Program-made: the position numbers and the translations under genes
Shown: one piece after another, positions 39,640 to 51,539 of the stretch
Layout of the letters: the number at the start of each line of letters is the position of its first letter
How positions within the stretch are numbered: the first letter of the stretch is position 1
Assembly (NCBI GenBank): GCA_038496445.1
Contig: JALMLS010000368.1
Location: forward strand, 124,001-188,000
Direction of reading: 5' to 3'
From: Trichosphaerium sp. ATCC 40318
Taxonomy: Eukaryota > Protista > Tubulinea
DNA: 64,000 nt
The notes under the pieces: generated by a model
The model's database searches: none
What the model was told of the DNA's origin: nothing
What the model saw: only the letters and a program-made list of their open reading frames with translations

Positions 39640-40600
39640 CACTGTTACTTTATATACTGACCTTTGAGAATCCGGCCTTTCTAACATAGGCAACAAATGC
39701 TACAACAATTGGATTAAATCAGCTTCAAGTGTTAAATTTCCACTAACCCAAAAGTATGCTAAGCTTTCTGACATTGTCAAATTTAATACCCCCAAACCTG
39801 CAGATGTAATGTGGCCACCTACTCTACAATCCATGATCAATGATGGGGGGTATTAATAAACCTAGAGACATTTTGTGGCAGTACCTTTTAATGTTATGAG
39901 TTAAAGTTACCTGTAAACACTCTGATCTTTTCTACCCTTTACATAAACATTGTTTATTTTTTGAGTGAGATTATGCTATAGCTATTGGTAAAATGTTAGC
40001 TAAGCATCTATCTGTAGGTCTTTACACTTGGTCATACAATATACTCAAGCTCACCACTAATAAAGATAAAGCTATTCACATATCTTCCATTATGCACTGT
40101 ATCTGGAAAGTTAGAAATTCAATTTTATTTGATGATGATTTACCTAAAATGCAACAAGTTTCATTTTGGCACCAGCAAAATCTATTGGTGGCTCTCAATA
40201 TTGACAATTCACAATGTGATTGGCCCTTAGATGAAGCCAAGTTTATTCATACTGGTGACTATTGGAAATCAACTAACTGGCTATCAGACTTTAAAGAATC
40301 CTGGGAAGACTGGGGTGCTGGCCTACCTCCTCCACCCAAGCCTCCTCCATTACCTACAGCAACTTCTGCAAAAACTCAAATCAATAGTATCATGCCCACT
40401 ACACCAATCTCGCCTGTAACTCGCAGATCTACTAGAAAAAGATATAAATATTATTCAGACTATGAAAGTTCAGATGGTGATAGCTCAGAAGAATGAGATT
40501 TAAACCATTTATTCTAACAATGTAACTCCTGTACTAAAATTGCATGTGGTTATTGTCGTCCTCAGCACAATAAACCCACCTTTTTTTGCAAAAAAAAAAA
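39640..40600 (+). mobile_element. 5'-truncated, degenerate non-LTR retrotransposon (L1/Tx1-like ORF2 3' end with poly(A)), copy 1
   Basis: HISSIMHCIWKVRNSILF (the IW..RN..F motif found after zf-RVT); conserved 3' hairpin, AATAAA and an A-tract ending at 40600. The 5' boundary is approximate. Confidence 0.7.
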
Positions 40601-40608
40601 CTAACACT

Positions 40609-41720
40609 CAGTGGTGGAATCGGACAAAATACGCGTGCTTAAAACGTGCCATTTGCGTGGAAAATAAACGTGCCCAAAACGTGCCCAAAACGTGTCATTT
40701 GCGTGTTGTATATTTGCAATAAACGTGCCCAAAACGTGCCATTTGCGTGTTTTAACCATGACCTGTCTTTAATAGAAATTTGGAGAAAAATTCAAAATAA
40801 AAAAATTGACAAACTCAAAACTCAACCATCTCACCCCAAAGCCGATCGCCTCCGATCGTCAACAATAAAACATGTATTTTCACCCAAGTAAGCAGTAGTT
40901 AGGTTTGTATTGGCATGGCTCTAAAAGTAGGCGAAAAAATCTAAAAATACCCAAAAACCAACAATTTCTTGATTTTCCTATTTTTCGTGAATAACTCAGG
41001 TCTACTAGTACGAATCCTTTAAAAAACGAAGTATGGCCCACTATTAGGTACGATGCATGGTTTCGTGGTGGTTTGGGGTTCGGTGCCCCTTTTAAGGCAA
41101 AAACGATAGAAAATAGATATTTAGGGTAGATTAAGGATATTATGGCTCAATAACTCCATTAAACCCCTTTTTAAAGACGATTATTGGATTTGAGATTTTT
41201 TGCCTAATTAGGTAAGTTCTTGCTTAAGTATTTACGATAAGGCAGGATTGGCGAAAAAAGCAGGTAAAATGGCAAAAACATGAAGTTGGTTGATATAAAC
41301 TGGGTATCGTTTATGTGGGGATAGTTTTATGTAAAGTTTGTAATAATTGTACCAAACCTCTTTGTAATCGTTATGTGTTATGTATCGTAATAAACTGTTA
41401 TTTTCTTTTCTTCTATAAAGTGGTGTTTTATGCGTGCCCAAAACGTGTGATATGCGTGGTAAATATGCGTGCCCAAAACGTGCCCAAAACGTGGAAAATA
41501 AACGTGCCTAAAACGTGCCCAAAACGTAGGTAATAAACGTGCCCAAAACGTGTCCAAAACGTGCAATTTGCGTGGCCAGCATGTGGAAGAGAAACGTGCC
41601 TTTTGCGTGAAAAAAAAAAGTGCCCAAAACGTGCCCAAAACATGTCTTTTGCATGGAAAATAAACGTGCCCAAAACGTGCCCAAAACGTGCAATTCGCAT
41701 TCTGTCCGATTCCACCACTG
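40609..41720 (+). mobile_element. Non-autonomous TIR element (MITE, 1.1 kb) with 18-bp terminal inverted repeats and 11-bp subterminal repeat arrays
   Basis: CAGTGGTGGAATCGGACA at 40609 and its reverse complement TGTCCGATTCCACCACTG ending at 41720. AAAACGTGCCC units occur at 40640-40745 and 41430-41695. Confidence 0.85.
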
Positions 41721-41959
41721 CTAGTGCATAGCCTATTATGTAATACCAGAATTCAACAGTACTGGAATCAGGATTTTGACCCTGGGCTGAAACTCAACAA
41801 GGCTTTTTTAGACAATGCCTAGGCATTTTCATCCAAATAATGTCTTGTTTTTTACCAAAATGCCTAGTTTTTGCCTCATTCAAAAAGGCAAATCAGGGCA
41901 ATTCAAGTGTTGATAATAAAGACAGCCAGTTTTCAGCAATAATATCAACAGGATACTGA

Positions 41960-42801
41960 TACTTCACAATAGCCATTGTTTTGGCTATTTCATACCAAAA
42001 AAGCCCCCCACATTGCAGGCAATGAGGGATAAAGGATGGAAAGTTCATAAGATGTTGAAGTCTGTCAGTTCACTTAGGGGAATTAATAGGCCACATGATA
42101 TTTTGTGGCGTTTTTTACTAAAACTACTACCAGTCAAGCATTCAGACTCACAATACCCACTTCAACGTCATTGTCTTTTCTTTGAATGGAAATATGCAGT
42201 GGCTATAGGCAACATGCTTATTGAGCACATTTCTACTGGACTCAATAGTTGGAATGAAAATACACTCAAAGTATCCACTAATAAGGAAAAAGCAATTCAT
42301 ATAAGTTCCGTTATGCACTGTATATGGAAATGTCGCAATTCATTCATACATGATCAGGAAATTCCCACCACCCACAAGATAATGTTTTGGCATCAACAAA
42401 ACATTCTTGTAGCCTTGAATATTGACAATTCCCAATGTGAATCACTACCAGATGAAGACAAGTTTATACAAGTTGGTCACTACTGGAAACCTGCTAATTG
42501 GATGGTCGATTTCAAAGATACATGGGAGGATTGGGGTGCTGGTTTACCTCCACCTCCAGATCCACCCCCTTTACCACCTACCAAAAACACTTATGTCAAT
42601 AACCAGTCAAAATTACTAACCCCACCCATATGTAGGTCAAGTAGGCAAAGACACAACTATTATTCAGATGATAAAAGCTCAGACGAATGGGATGAAGATC
42701 TTTATTTTGAACTATGAAAACATAAAATGTAATAAACAGCACGCGTGGTTATTGTCGTCCACAGCACAATAAACTCACCTTTTTTAAAAAAAAAAAAAAA
42801 A
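41960..42801 (+). mobile_element. 5'-truncated non-LTR retrotransposon (L1/Tx1-like ORF2 3' end), copy 2
   Basis: ORF 42013-42717 is homologous to ORF 39993-40496 (HCIWKCRN, FWHQQNILVALNIDNSQC, WEDWGAGLPPPP). It has the same 3' hairpin and an A16-type tail. Confidence 0.75.
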
Positions 42802-42884
42802 TTTCATACCAAAAAGTGTCATTTTGGCACTATAACACAAATGGTGATGGTTCTGTACATAAGCAAAAACAAGTTCACATGTGA

Positions 42885-43320
42885 GTTTTATTCGTTTATT
42901 TTCCTTGCATATGGCACATTTTAAGCACACATATTTTGTCCAATTCCACCATTGTACAGGGTCTTTGCAGATTTTGCCAAGGCAATGGCAATAAAGGCAA
43001 AAATCAGGCATTGAAAAAAATCTCAAATCCAATAATCGTCTTTAAAAAGTGGTTTATTGGAGTTATTGAGCCATAATATCCTTAAACTACTCTAAATACC
43101 TATTTTCTATCGTTTTGCCTTAAAAAAAGGCACTGAACCCCAAACCACCACAAAACCATGCATTGTACCTAACAGTGGGCCATACTTCATTTTTTAAAGG
43201 ATTCATACTAGTAGTCCTGAGTTATTCATGAAAAATAGGAAAATCAAGAAATTGTTGGTTTTTGGGTATTTTTAGATTTTTTCACCTACTTTTAAAGTCA
43301 TGCTGATACAAACCTAACCT
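42885..43320 (-). mobile_element. Decayed inverted fragments of the 40609-41720 MITE: the left terminus and a ~310-bp internal module
   Basis: 42893-42954 is the reverse complement of 40609-40670, and 43015-43318 is the reverse complement of ~40890-41200. Many differences are CpG to TpG/CpA. Confidence 0.85.
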
Positions 43321-43359
43321 GTACAAAACCTGTACAAATCTGTACTCTCAATTTTACTA

Positions 43360-44300
43360 CCAATGCTGTGGACGACAAAAACCATGCTTTTTATTACATT
43401 TTGTTTATCATGTTCAAGAGCGTGTACAAAAACCATGCTTTTTATAGCGGACCACCCTATTGTATTATTGAACAATGACTACAAAATCCTGATGAAAGTT
43501 ATTAACAACCGTCTTCTACAATTTCTCCCCAACATCAACAACCAAAACGGATTTATTCCTGGCCGTGATATTGTGGACAACCAAATAGCTACATTGGAGG
43601 TTATTTCCAGTCATGTTGCCTTTGGCACTTCACTTTCACTCTGTCCCATAGACAACAAAACAGCTTTTGATAACTGTGCCCATAATGTGCTTGTCATGAT
43701 CCTGGTCCATATTGGCATCTCTTTGGTCATTGCTACCTCCATCGTCAACCTGCTACAAATCAATGTCTCTGTCCGTATTAATGGCACTATTTCCAACAAG
43801 TCGTTTAAAGTGGTACAAGGTACTGGTCAAGGCAACCCTCTTAGCCCCACTCTCTTTGCTCTCATGTTGGAACCCCTTAGTCAGGCTATAACCTCTGATC
43901 CATCTATCTCTGGAGCCAAAGCAGCAATGAGGCTGCTCAAGCAAATATTGTTCACAGATGATGCTTTCATTACAGCTACCTTTGATGCAGACATTCAAAC
44001 TTGTTTATGCCTACTAATGACTTTTCTTCAGCCTCTGGATTATTTCTCACAGTGGTAGTTGTCCAACAACATGGGGTCTGCCTTTTTGTACAAGGGGCAA
44101 ATCACTCCTCTACCAAGCCAGCTGTCATCACCTTCAAGAATAGAGTTGAACAAAGAAAGAAAATGATGGGCTATCTGTTTTTTTATACTTTTATAGACAC
44201 ATGGAGACTTCATTGGGCCTGAAGCCTTGTTGGCTGGCATAGAATCAATAGCTTGTTCAAGATGATATGTTGGAAAATGAAGCCAAGGAATGGTAAATCA
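43360..44300. pseudogene. Rearranged L1/Tx1-like reverse transcriptase remnant with an internal inversion
   Basis: Plus strand: PIVLLNNDYKIL, QNGFIPGR, KTAFD, GQGNPLSP, LFTDD. Minus strand 44040-44290: KASGP...LFNSIL...ICPLYKKAD...DNY. A minus-strand LINE 3' motif lies at 43364-43388. Confidence 0.8.
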
Positions 44301-44499
44301 TGGCAAACAGTTTTTACTTGGAAAAGAGCTAATATCTGTACTGTTCTGTATGTATATAAATTTAAAAAAAATCTTTATTTGGTTGTGTACACTAATAATT
44401 TGTTACAGCACTGAAACAACCATTGATGAAGTTAACATGTTTCTGTCATGCATTGTATATGAAAATGTTGCAACTCACTCATATACAGGGCTAAAACTG

Positions 44500-45260
44500 G
44501 AGTTGGCATTACCTATCAAATGCTGGCATTTGGTTGAAATCAGGCATAATGAAGCATAAAATAGGCATTTCATGGAACACAAGTAACAATTGCTTATGAA
44601 ATGCCTGCATTTTTTTGGCATGGCATTAATCAAGCATTTCAAAACATGCCACCCTTGGCATATGTAGGCAATGCCAAAACCCTTTTAGTTCAATGAAGGG
44701 ATGTTCATGTTTGTATACTTTAAGGTAGGTAAAAAGAAAAGTACAATCTCCAAACATCAACAGCAAAAAAAACACTGAACGAAAATGGTGGTCCTATATT
44801 AAACGCCGGCACGTAGCGCTCTTAGTATTTCATTAATTCTAACGAAACCTAGCTCATTCGAACCGCAGCACCCAAATACGCCTGCACATACAGCGAAAGT
44901 AATTTATATGTAATACACAGGCGATCGAAATTATAACAATACTTTGGAACTTTTTTTTGTAATTTTACATTGTTGTAACACAAATAAATACAAGTTTGAT
45001 GCCTTATAAATGCCTATTTTATGCCTGCATTATACCTGAATTATGCTTGATTTATGTCCAGCATTTGAAGGGTTAAATGCCTTGTTTATGCTGGAATAGT
45101 TGTGAACTGGATTCAAGCATCTAGCAGGCATTTGGTTAAAAAAAATGCCTGTTTTTGGCCAAATGCCTGGTTTATGCCAGTTTTTTCTTGGCATCTACCA
45201 GGCATTTGGCCATAAAAACAGGCATTTAAACAAGCATTTAGTAGGCATTTGCTTTCAAAT
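44500..45260. repeat. Degenerate repeat element(s) rich in AAATGCCT/AGGCATTT units with inverted arms
   Basis: 44520-44575 is roughly the reverse complement of 44998-45066. Similar units occur at 41780-41900 and 42960-43010. Confidence 0.55.
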
Positions 45261-45264
45261 GAAA

Positions 45265-45735
45265 ACTCCACAAAAAGCCATGTTTGGCACCAACAAAACA
45301 TTCTTATTGCACTCAATATAAATAACTCTCAATGTGTATCATTGTTAGATGAAGACAAATTTACACAGATAGAAATTATTGGCAAGCTTCAAACTAAATG
45401 GCCAACTTTATTTTTTTGAACTATGAAAAACAACTTGTAAAAAAATGCATGCATGGCCTGTATGTGTGGCATGTACTTTCAAACTGTATCAATTTGTAAC
45501 CCCAAAAACACTTATATCAACAACCAGTTAAAATTACTAACCCCACATCAACCTGCCAAATACTTATATTAACAAGCAGCTAAATTTACTAACCCACTCA
45601 TATGTAGGCCAAGACAACTATTATTCAGACAATGGAAGCTCAGATGAATGGGATAAAGATCTTTATTTTGAAATATGAAAACAAGTACTTGTAAAAAATA
45701 ACACATGTGGTTATTGTTGTCCACAGCACAATAAT
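45265..45735 (+). mobile_element. Further highly decayed LINE 3'-end fragments
   Basis: A QQNILIALN-like segment lies at ~45290. 45500-45735 matches 42580-42770, including GTGGTTATTGTTGTCCACAGCACAATAA. Confidence 0.7.
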
Positions 45736-46143
45736 TTGATCAATCCTCCAGGTAATATGAATTGCTTTTTCCTTATTTATAAACACCTTGAATGTATCTT
45801 CATTTCAGCTATTAAACACAGCAAAAATGTATCCAATATTGTTAAACACAACACTGTTTAGCATACCTTTGAAAAAAATCATCATTTGCCTATTGTCCAG
45901 TTTCACCACTGTAGTTTTTTTTGAATTTTTCATAAACAATCCAAATCCTCAAATCATTGGCAATAACAAAATGTGTCTGCACAGGCATATTCTGGTTGTA
46001 CAAAAATCCTACTTTCTCTATTCATGATTTCTTCAATATTAAGAGAGTACAGTAGTTGTGTTACAACTTTTGACATTTTTTAAACTTGGATAGTCATGGT
46101 TAAAGTGCTCCTTGGTTGCTCATTGTTGGTGTTAGTGTGGCAA

Positions 46144-46223
46144 CAGTAGTGAAATCGGGATTTTGACATGTACAATACATGTATGGGGCACGTACTTCAC
46201 ACATACTTCTGATTTCACTACTG
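46144..46223. mobile_element. 80-bp mini TIR element related to the CAGTGGTGGAATC MITE family
   Basis: CAGTAGTGAAATC...GATTTCACTACTG forms a 13-bp perfect inverted terminus, flanked by AA on both sides. Confidence 0.6.
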
Positions 46224-46537
46224 AAATAATGAATACAAAGTAATACAACATACTCAAAATAGCATAAATCAGTGTCATTGCTTTCTAAAATACTGTTTAA
46301 TAGTTAACATACTCCATGTGTTAACATATTACTGCCAGACTTCTTGGGTGATTTTTTGCACAAAATACCATTTTTTCTTTTTCTTGTCAATAATACCAAT
46401 AACAAAAACTTGCTAATTCTGCTGTAGAACTCTGTTCAAGCCAGCAAGAAAGTATCGTGATTATTAAACTGAAAAGCAGAACAGAGTATTCATTGAATTC
46501 AAAAAAATTTAAGCTTGCCTAAAACAGCACACATTAC

Positions 46538-48010
46538 ATGTTTGCAGCCAATCTTGTACGATTTGTCTAAACCAAGCGTACTCTAACGTTTGTAGTGTGC
46601 CAGGCGCCTTGCGCGGACTTCTCTTAAGAACACACGCCGAACGTATTGTAGCGGCGAAAGTACGTGCGTTTTGTCATAGTATGATAGATAGTATGATCAG
46701 TAGGATTTAGCCTTTTTTCTAGCTCGAGTTCTCGTTGTATGCGAACACACTGAAGGAGCTATCACTGCGGGCACACTCTCAACAATTACAGCGGCAAATA
46801 AACTTGGCAAAGTACAAAAACAGCTCAAATACACCTTTATAACTTCGCGCTAGACTGATGCCCTCGTTATGGGAGGCGCTGACTCTACTTCGGCTGCATC
46901 AGCTTGTGCATCGGTTAAAGGTGTCAACAAGGTGGTCCATTGCGTAGAAGAACAGCTCAAGGTACCAATGGCAGAGTCAATTGCACCTGTAGTACGAGAG
47001 GCGGTCGAATCGGGGAAATACTCTCACGTGCTGACACCTTCATCAACATTTGGCAAAAACTTCCTCCCACGCTTTGCAGCTACGGCCGGCGTAGGCGTGG
47101 TAAGTGACATACTATCAGTTGAGTCTGCCTCCGTCTTTAAACGGCCCATCTATGCAGGTACGCGTGATTCTATGCATTAGTGGCGCTCCAGCCATGTAAA
47201 AACCGAAATATACCCATACTTTTGGTACCAGCTAACAGCGCCAAAGGCAACGCTATCGCTACTGTAGAATCTAAAGACCCAATAAAAGCAATTACTGTAC
47301 GCACAACTGCGTTTGCAAAGGCAGAGGTTGGCGATGAAAAAGCCGAGGTAGAAAAAATGGAGTTCCCTGCAACAGCAACAAATGGTAGCGTTTGTCACGC
47401 ACAAAAACAAAAAAAATCTTATGACTAATTGCTTGCAGGCAACGCCAAATATGTCAGTTCTGAAAGCGCAAAATCTGAACGGCCTGAGCTAACTTCAGCG
47501 GACAGAGTCGTTTCAGGAGGTCGCGCACTCAAATCATCAGAAAATTTTACAGAGTATGCAAAAACAACTGCAGTTGACGCTTTTTTGTATCTTTTTTTTT
47601 TTCTTGAGATTCCAGCTCAGAATGCGCTAACGTATGATCACAGATATATCGTCTCCCTGGCAGATACCTTGAAGGCCGCTGTCGGCGCTAGCAGAGCTGC
47701 AGTAGATGACGGCTATGCGCCAAATGAATGGCAAGTGGGCCAAACAGGCAAAGTCGTAGCACCACAATTGTACGTCGCTGTTGGTATTTCAGGCGCAATC
47801 CAGCACTTGGCCGGTATGAAGGACAGCAAAGTAATAGTAGCCATCAACAAGGACGCAGAGGCACCTATATTCCAAGTGGCAGACTACGGTCTAGTCGCTG
47901 ATTTGTACAAAGTACGTCAAACCAACACGCACTTTTTTTTAATCACTGGGTCCTCACATACTACCAAGGCCGTACCTGAGCTCACGGGCAAGTTGAAAGG
48001 AACACAATAA
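46538..48010 (+). CDS. ETFA: Electron transfer flavoprotein alpha subunit, mitochondrial
   Basis: Presequence-like [17 protein letters not shown]; GKNFLPR; RPIYAGN; [19 protein letters not shown]; GASRAAVD; [33 protein letters not shown]. Confidence 0.95.
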
Positions 48011-48171
48011 AGGTTCCCTGAGTCAATGAAAATTTAGTATTCTCTCTCTCCTCTTGCCTTCTTCTCTTTCTGTTTCTGTCTGTACCCACCTCCACTCACT
48101 CCCAATAAAATTATACAAGAGATTTTATATAACCAAGAAGCCATTGTTATATTGATTGCCATGGTGGGGGT

Positions 48172-50465
48172 TCATACGTATTTCATACAAATAGTCTTTT
48201 GTTCGCTGAAAAAATCTATGCTGTGCTCGCCACCTTCTCTTCCAATGCCGGATGCTATTGATAAACTAAGCCAAATCCTACAACAGCAAACAAAAGAGTG
48301 CGTACCCTTCATGCCTCCAAACGGGACACGCAGATCGCGCAACAGCCAACAGTTGACCCAAACTGTGCCAACATCCAATGCTTGTGCCACTCTGTGCGCA
48401 CGCTTGCCATTCTCTGTCCACACAGAGGCTGCGAGGCCATATTGCACATCATTTGCCAATTGAATTGCTGGTCAATGTCAATCAAACAAAGGGGAAGGTA
48501 GGGAACGAAGCTTACCTTCTTCTTCAGTGTCAAACGGTGTTATAGTCACTAACACCAATTAAAATAACACGAGTGAGTGAAAAGGGGAGACGGTACCCAC
48601 TGGGCCAAATATCTCTTCTTGTTGTACTCGACATTTCTACAAACTCATTTCAGAAAAACAAGCGCAAAATGTTGTGCCGACAGGTCCGTACATTGTTGAG
48701 TCCAGTTATGATTGTAGGTGAAACAAAATATCCGCCATCAAATGGAGCAGGCAATGACGGACTCGATCCACCACACTCAATCTTACCACCAAGCTCTTTG
48801 GCTAGGGCTATGTACGACAAGACCTTGGCTGAAATACAAAAACAACAAATGAGTACTATAGCTGGCTGCCCAACACAACTGCTTACCTTTGTGTTCCTTG
48901 CTTATAAGCGCACCCATCTTTGTTGTAGGCTTCGAGGGGTCCCCAACAACTAGCGCCTTGGTGGCGGCCACGAATTTTTTGAGAAATTGTTCATAAATCC
49001 CGCGTTGAACGTAGATGCGTGAACCGCACAGGCATATCTCGCCTTGGTTGGCAAAACTGCTTTTGAGCTATAGCAATACATTAATTGGGTTGGCTTGAGG
49101 GAAGATCAAGTACCGAAGTGGCAACACATTCCTCGAGCTCAGCATCATCAAAGATAATATTTGGGTTCTTGCCTCCCAGCTCAAGTGACATCTTTTTGTA
49201 AAAAGGAGCAGCAGCCTGAACATACACGTGTCGTTAGCACTGTTAACTTGAACACCCAAAACCAAGTGCACCTTTCCTATGACCTCAGCTGTTTTTGTTC
49301 CGCCTGTAAACGAAATGCAAGGAACTGATGGGTGTCTGTACCAAATATGTCAATAAAAACATGCAAAAAAAAAAGTAATAGTGGCGGTCTCGGATACCTG
49401 ACCAATGCATCACCAGCCTTACTTCCCAACTAAAAAAAAGAGTGGTTACTGAGATTGATCTCCAACATGTGCGTATATGTATTGTATGTTGACGTACACC
49501 AAATACCATGTTAACAACACCAGGAGGAACACCTGCTTCATTAAACACACTGGCTAACAAGAAGGCAGTCTTGCTTGTCATCTCTGATGGCTTGCATACG
49601 CAGGTGCATCCACACGCCATAGCAGGCGCTATTTTCCAGCTCAACAGGTATATAGGGAGGTTCTAAGAGACAGTGTGAGGCTAGCACAACGAAATTGAGA
49701 ATTTAAGATGACAAGATAGTAAGATGGCAAGTGAATTAGTAAAATTTTACAACAAAGATGTAATCTAATGTAATTACAATCTGAGGTGTACCCATGGAGA
49801 TATCAATCCACAAACTCCCGCTGGTTTACGCGTCTACAAAATAGATTAAAAAAGCAGTTACGGAGCCTCTCTGAGCGATACAGACCGTATAGTTGATAGC
49901 TACATTTTCAATTGAACTTGACATTTCTAAATTCTCCTTAAGACGCCTTCTTTACACGTGTACAACTAGTACCTGTATGCTGTTGAATGCAAGTGGCAAA
50001 AAATCTAAACTAGATTAGGAGCCAGTGTCAGGCAGCGTCTCTTGTGCCTGAAATTTTGTACACAACGTGGAACGTCAACTGCTGTTGCAAGCCACACAGG
50101 TTTTCCGTTGTCCTCAGATTCTGCTTTAGCAAATTCGGCCTATTTGGGTAAAAATGTGTTGAAGTAACAAAATAGCGTTTACCAAACGACTTTCAACAAT
50201 GTCAGCCACTTTATTCATTAGTTTCGCCCTCTCAGCAGCAGTGGTACGCTTCCAAGTACTAAATGCGACCTGTGCCGCCTCCACAGCATTTTCTACATCT
50301 ACGGCACTACTTGAAGCTATCTTCCCAACCACTTGCCCCGTCGCAGGGTTATAGTTATCGAGATATGCACCTTCTACGCGTTAACTGCAATTACAGTACT
50401 GAATTAGCACCATCAACAGGCTCAACAAACTCCCCGTTTATGAAATTAATAATGTGGTCTGTCAT
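48172..50465 (-). CDS. ALDH8A1: 2-aminomuconate semialdehyde dehydrogenase (ALDH8 family)
   Basis: [83 protein letters not shown]. Confidence 0.88.
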
Positions 50466-50566
50466 GCGTCACGTTTTAAATGTGGTGTATTGTATTTCGA
50501 GATTACGACTTAATACAAAAAAAAATTTGGTGCGTCAAACAATTTATTACAATCAGATCCAACACT

Positions 50567-51214
50567 TTACTTGTCCTTCTTGGCCTCACTCATGTTTTCA
50601 CTGTCAGTTGCAGCATCCTCACGAATGTCACCAATGTAGTACTCATCAAGCATATCTTCAACTGTTTCAGGGTGTTGATCACCAAAGAATCCTTTGGTAT
50701 ATGAGTATAAATCAGTTTTTTAGTGTGACAAGTACCCTCAGTATTTTCACCACCAGCGTTATTTAGAATGGCCAACTCACCAGGATGATCTGGTACGTAG
50801 TCCGTTACGTCATAGCTGCATACGCGTCAGTTTTGGTTAGTATTAGTGCGTGTACACTTTGTTCTTAATTATTAACCAACAATCTGTCTCGGCATTATGC
50901 TTGGCCACTTCAGCTTTCGTATAATACTAGATTGGAATCATTTAGAAACACCTCAACGGGCTTTGGCTTTTTTTTTTGTTGTACCTTTCGCTCACGCCGT
51001 TTTTTTGCTGCAACTTTCGCTAAACTCTAGAGTGAGCCTATAGACAGAGCAATGCTAACAAATATTTTGCTGTACGTTTTGGTTTTGCTGGCTCCTCACC
51101 ACCTTGTAGATACCGAATACCGAGTAATATAGCGTAGGCTCCCAACGAATAAACTACCAACTCCCAAGTAAATAAGCTTGACAGTTGTTCCCAAACAGTT
51201 CTATCTTGTTGCAT
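50567..51214 (-). CDS. Cytochrome b5-like heme-binding protein with an N-terminal hydrophobic anchor
   Basis: YTKAEVAKHN...YDVTDYVPDHPGELAILNNAGGENTEGFFGDQHPETVEDMLDEYYIGD; N-terminal LVVYSLGAYAILLGIRYL. Confidence 0.75.
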
Positions 51215-51539
51215 CGTTGTACTGTAAGCGCAATACGAGCAGTCTTATCTCGTTAGCGCGACTTAGCAAAAAGTGTCAATACAACAGTCTTGCAAATGAC
51301 TGCGTGTGCTCATAAGCCACTCGCATACGTTATGCGACATAAATATAATGCGAAATAAGACAAACAGTTCGTCAGAAAGAGCAACGAATTTAACAGCACG
51401 TTCAGGTACTAGGCTAACGTTTTTAACGTCGGACTTTGATTTAAGTCCCGTTTGTGCTTGGTGCGCTTAAGGCTGTCTTATCACAGTTTTATTTGAAACT
51501 TTGCGAGAATAATACCAACCACTATAAAGAATACGTGCA

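Noticed and set aside
41430-41700. Short direct-repeat array resembling a CRISPR or telomeric array
   Set aside because: The units are 11 bp with irregular short gaps and no unique 30-40 bp spacers or cas genes. The array lies inside TIRs, so it is a MITE subterminal array.
41378-41718. Repetitive FGHVLGTF ORFs
   Set aside because: These are translation artefacts of the 11-bp non-coding repeat.
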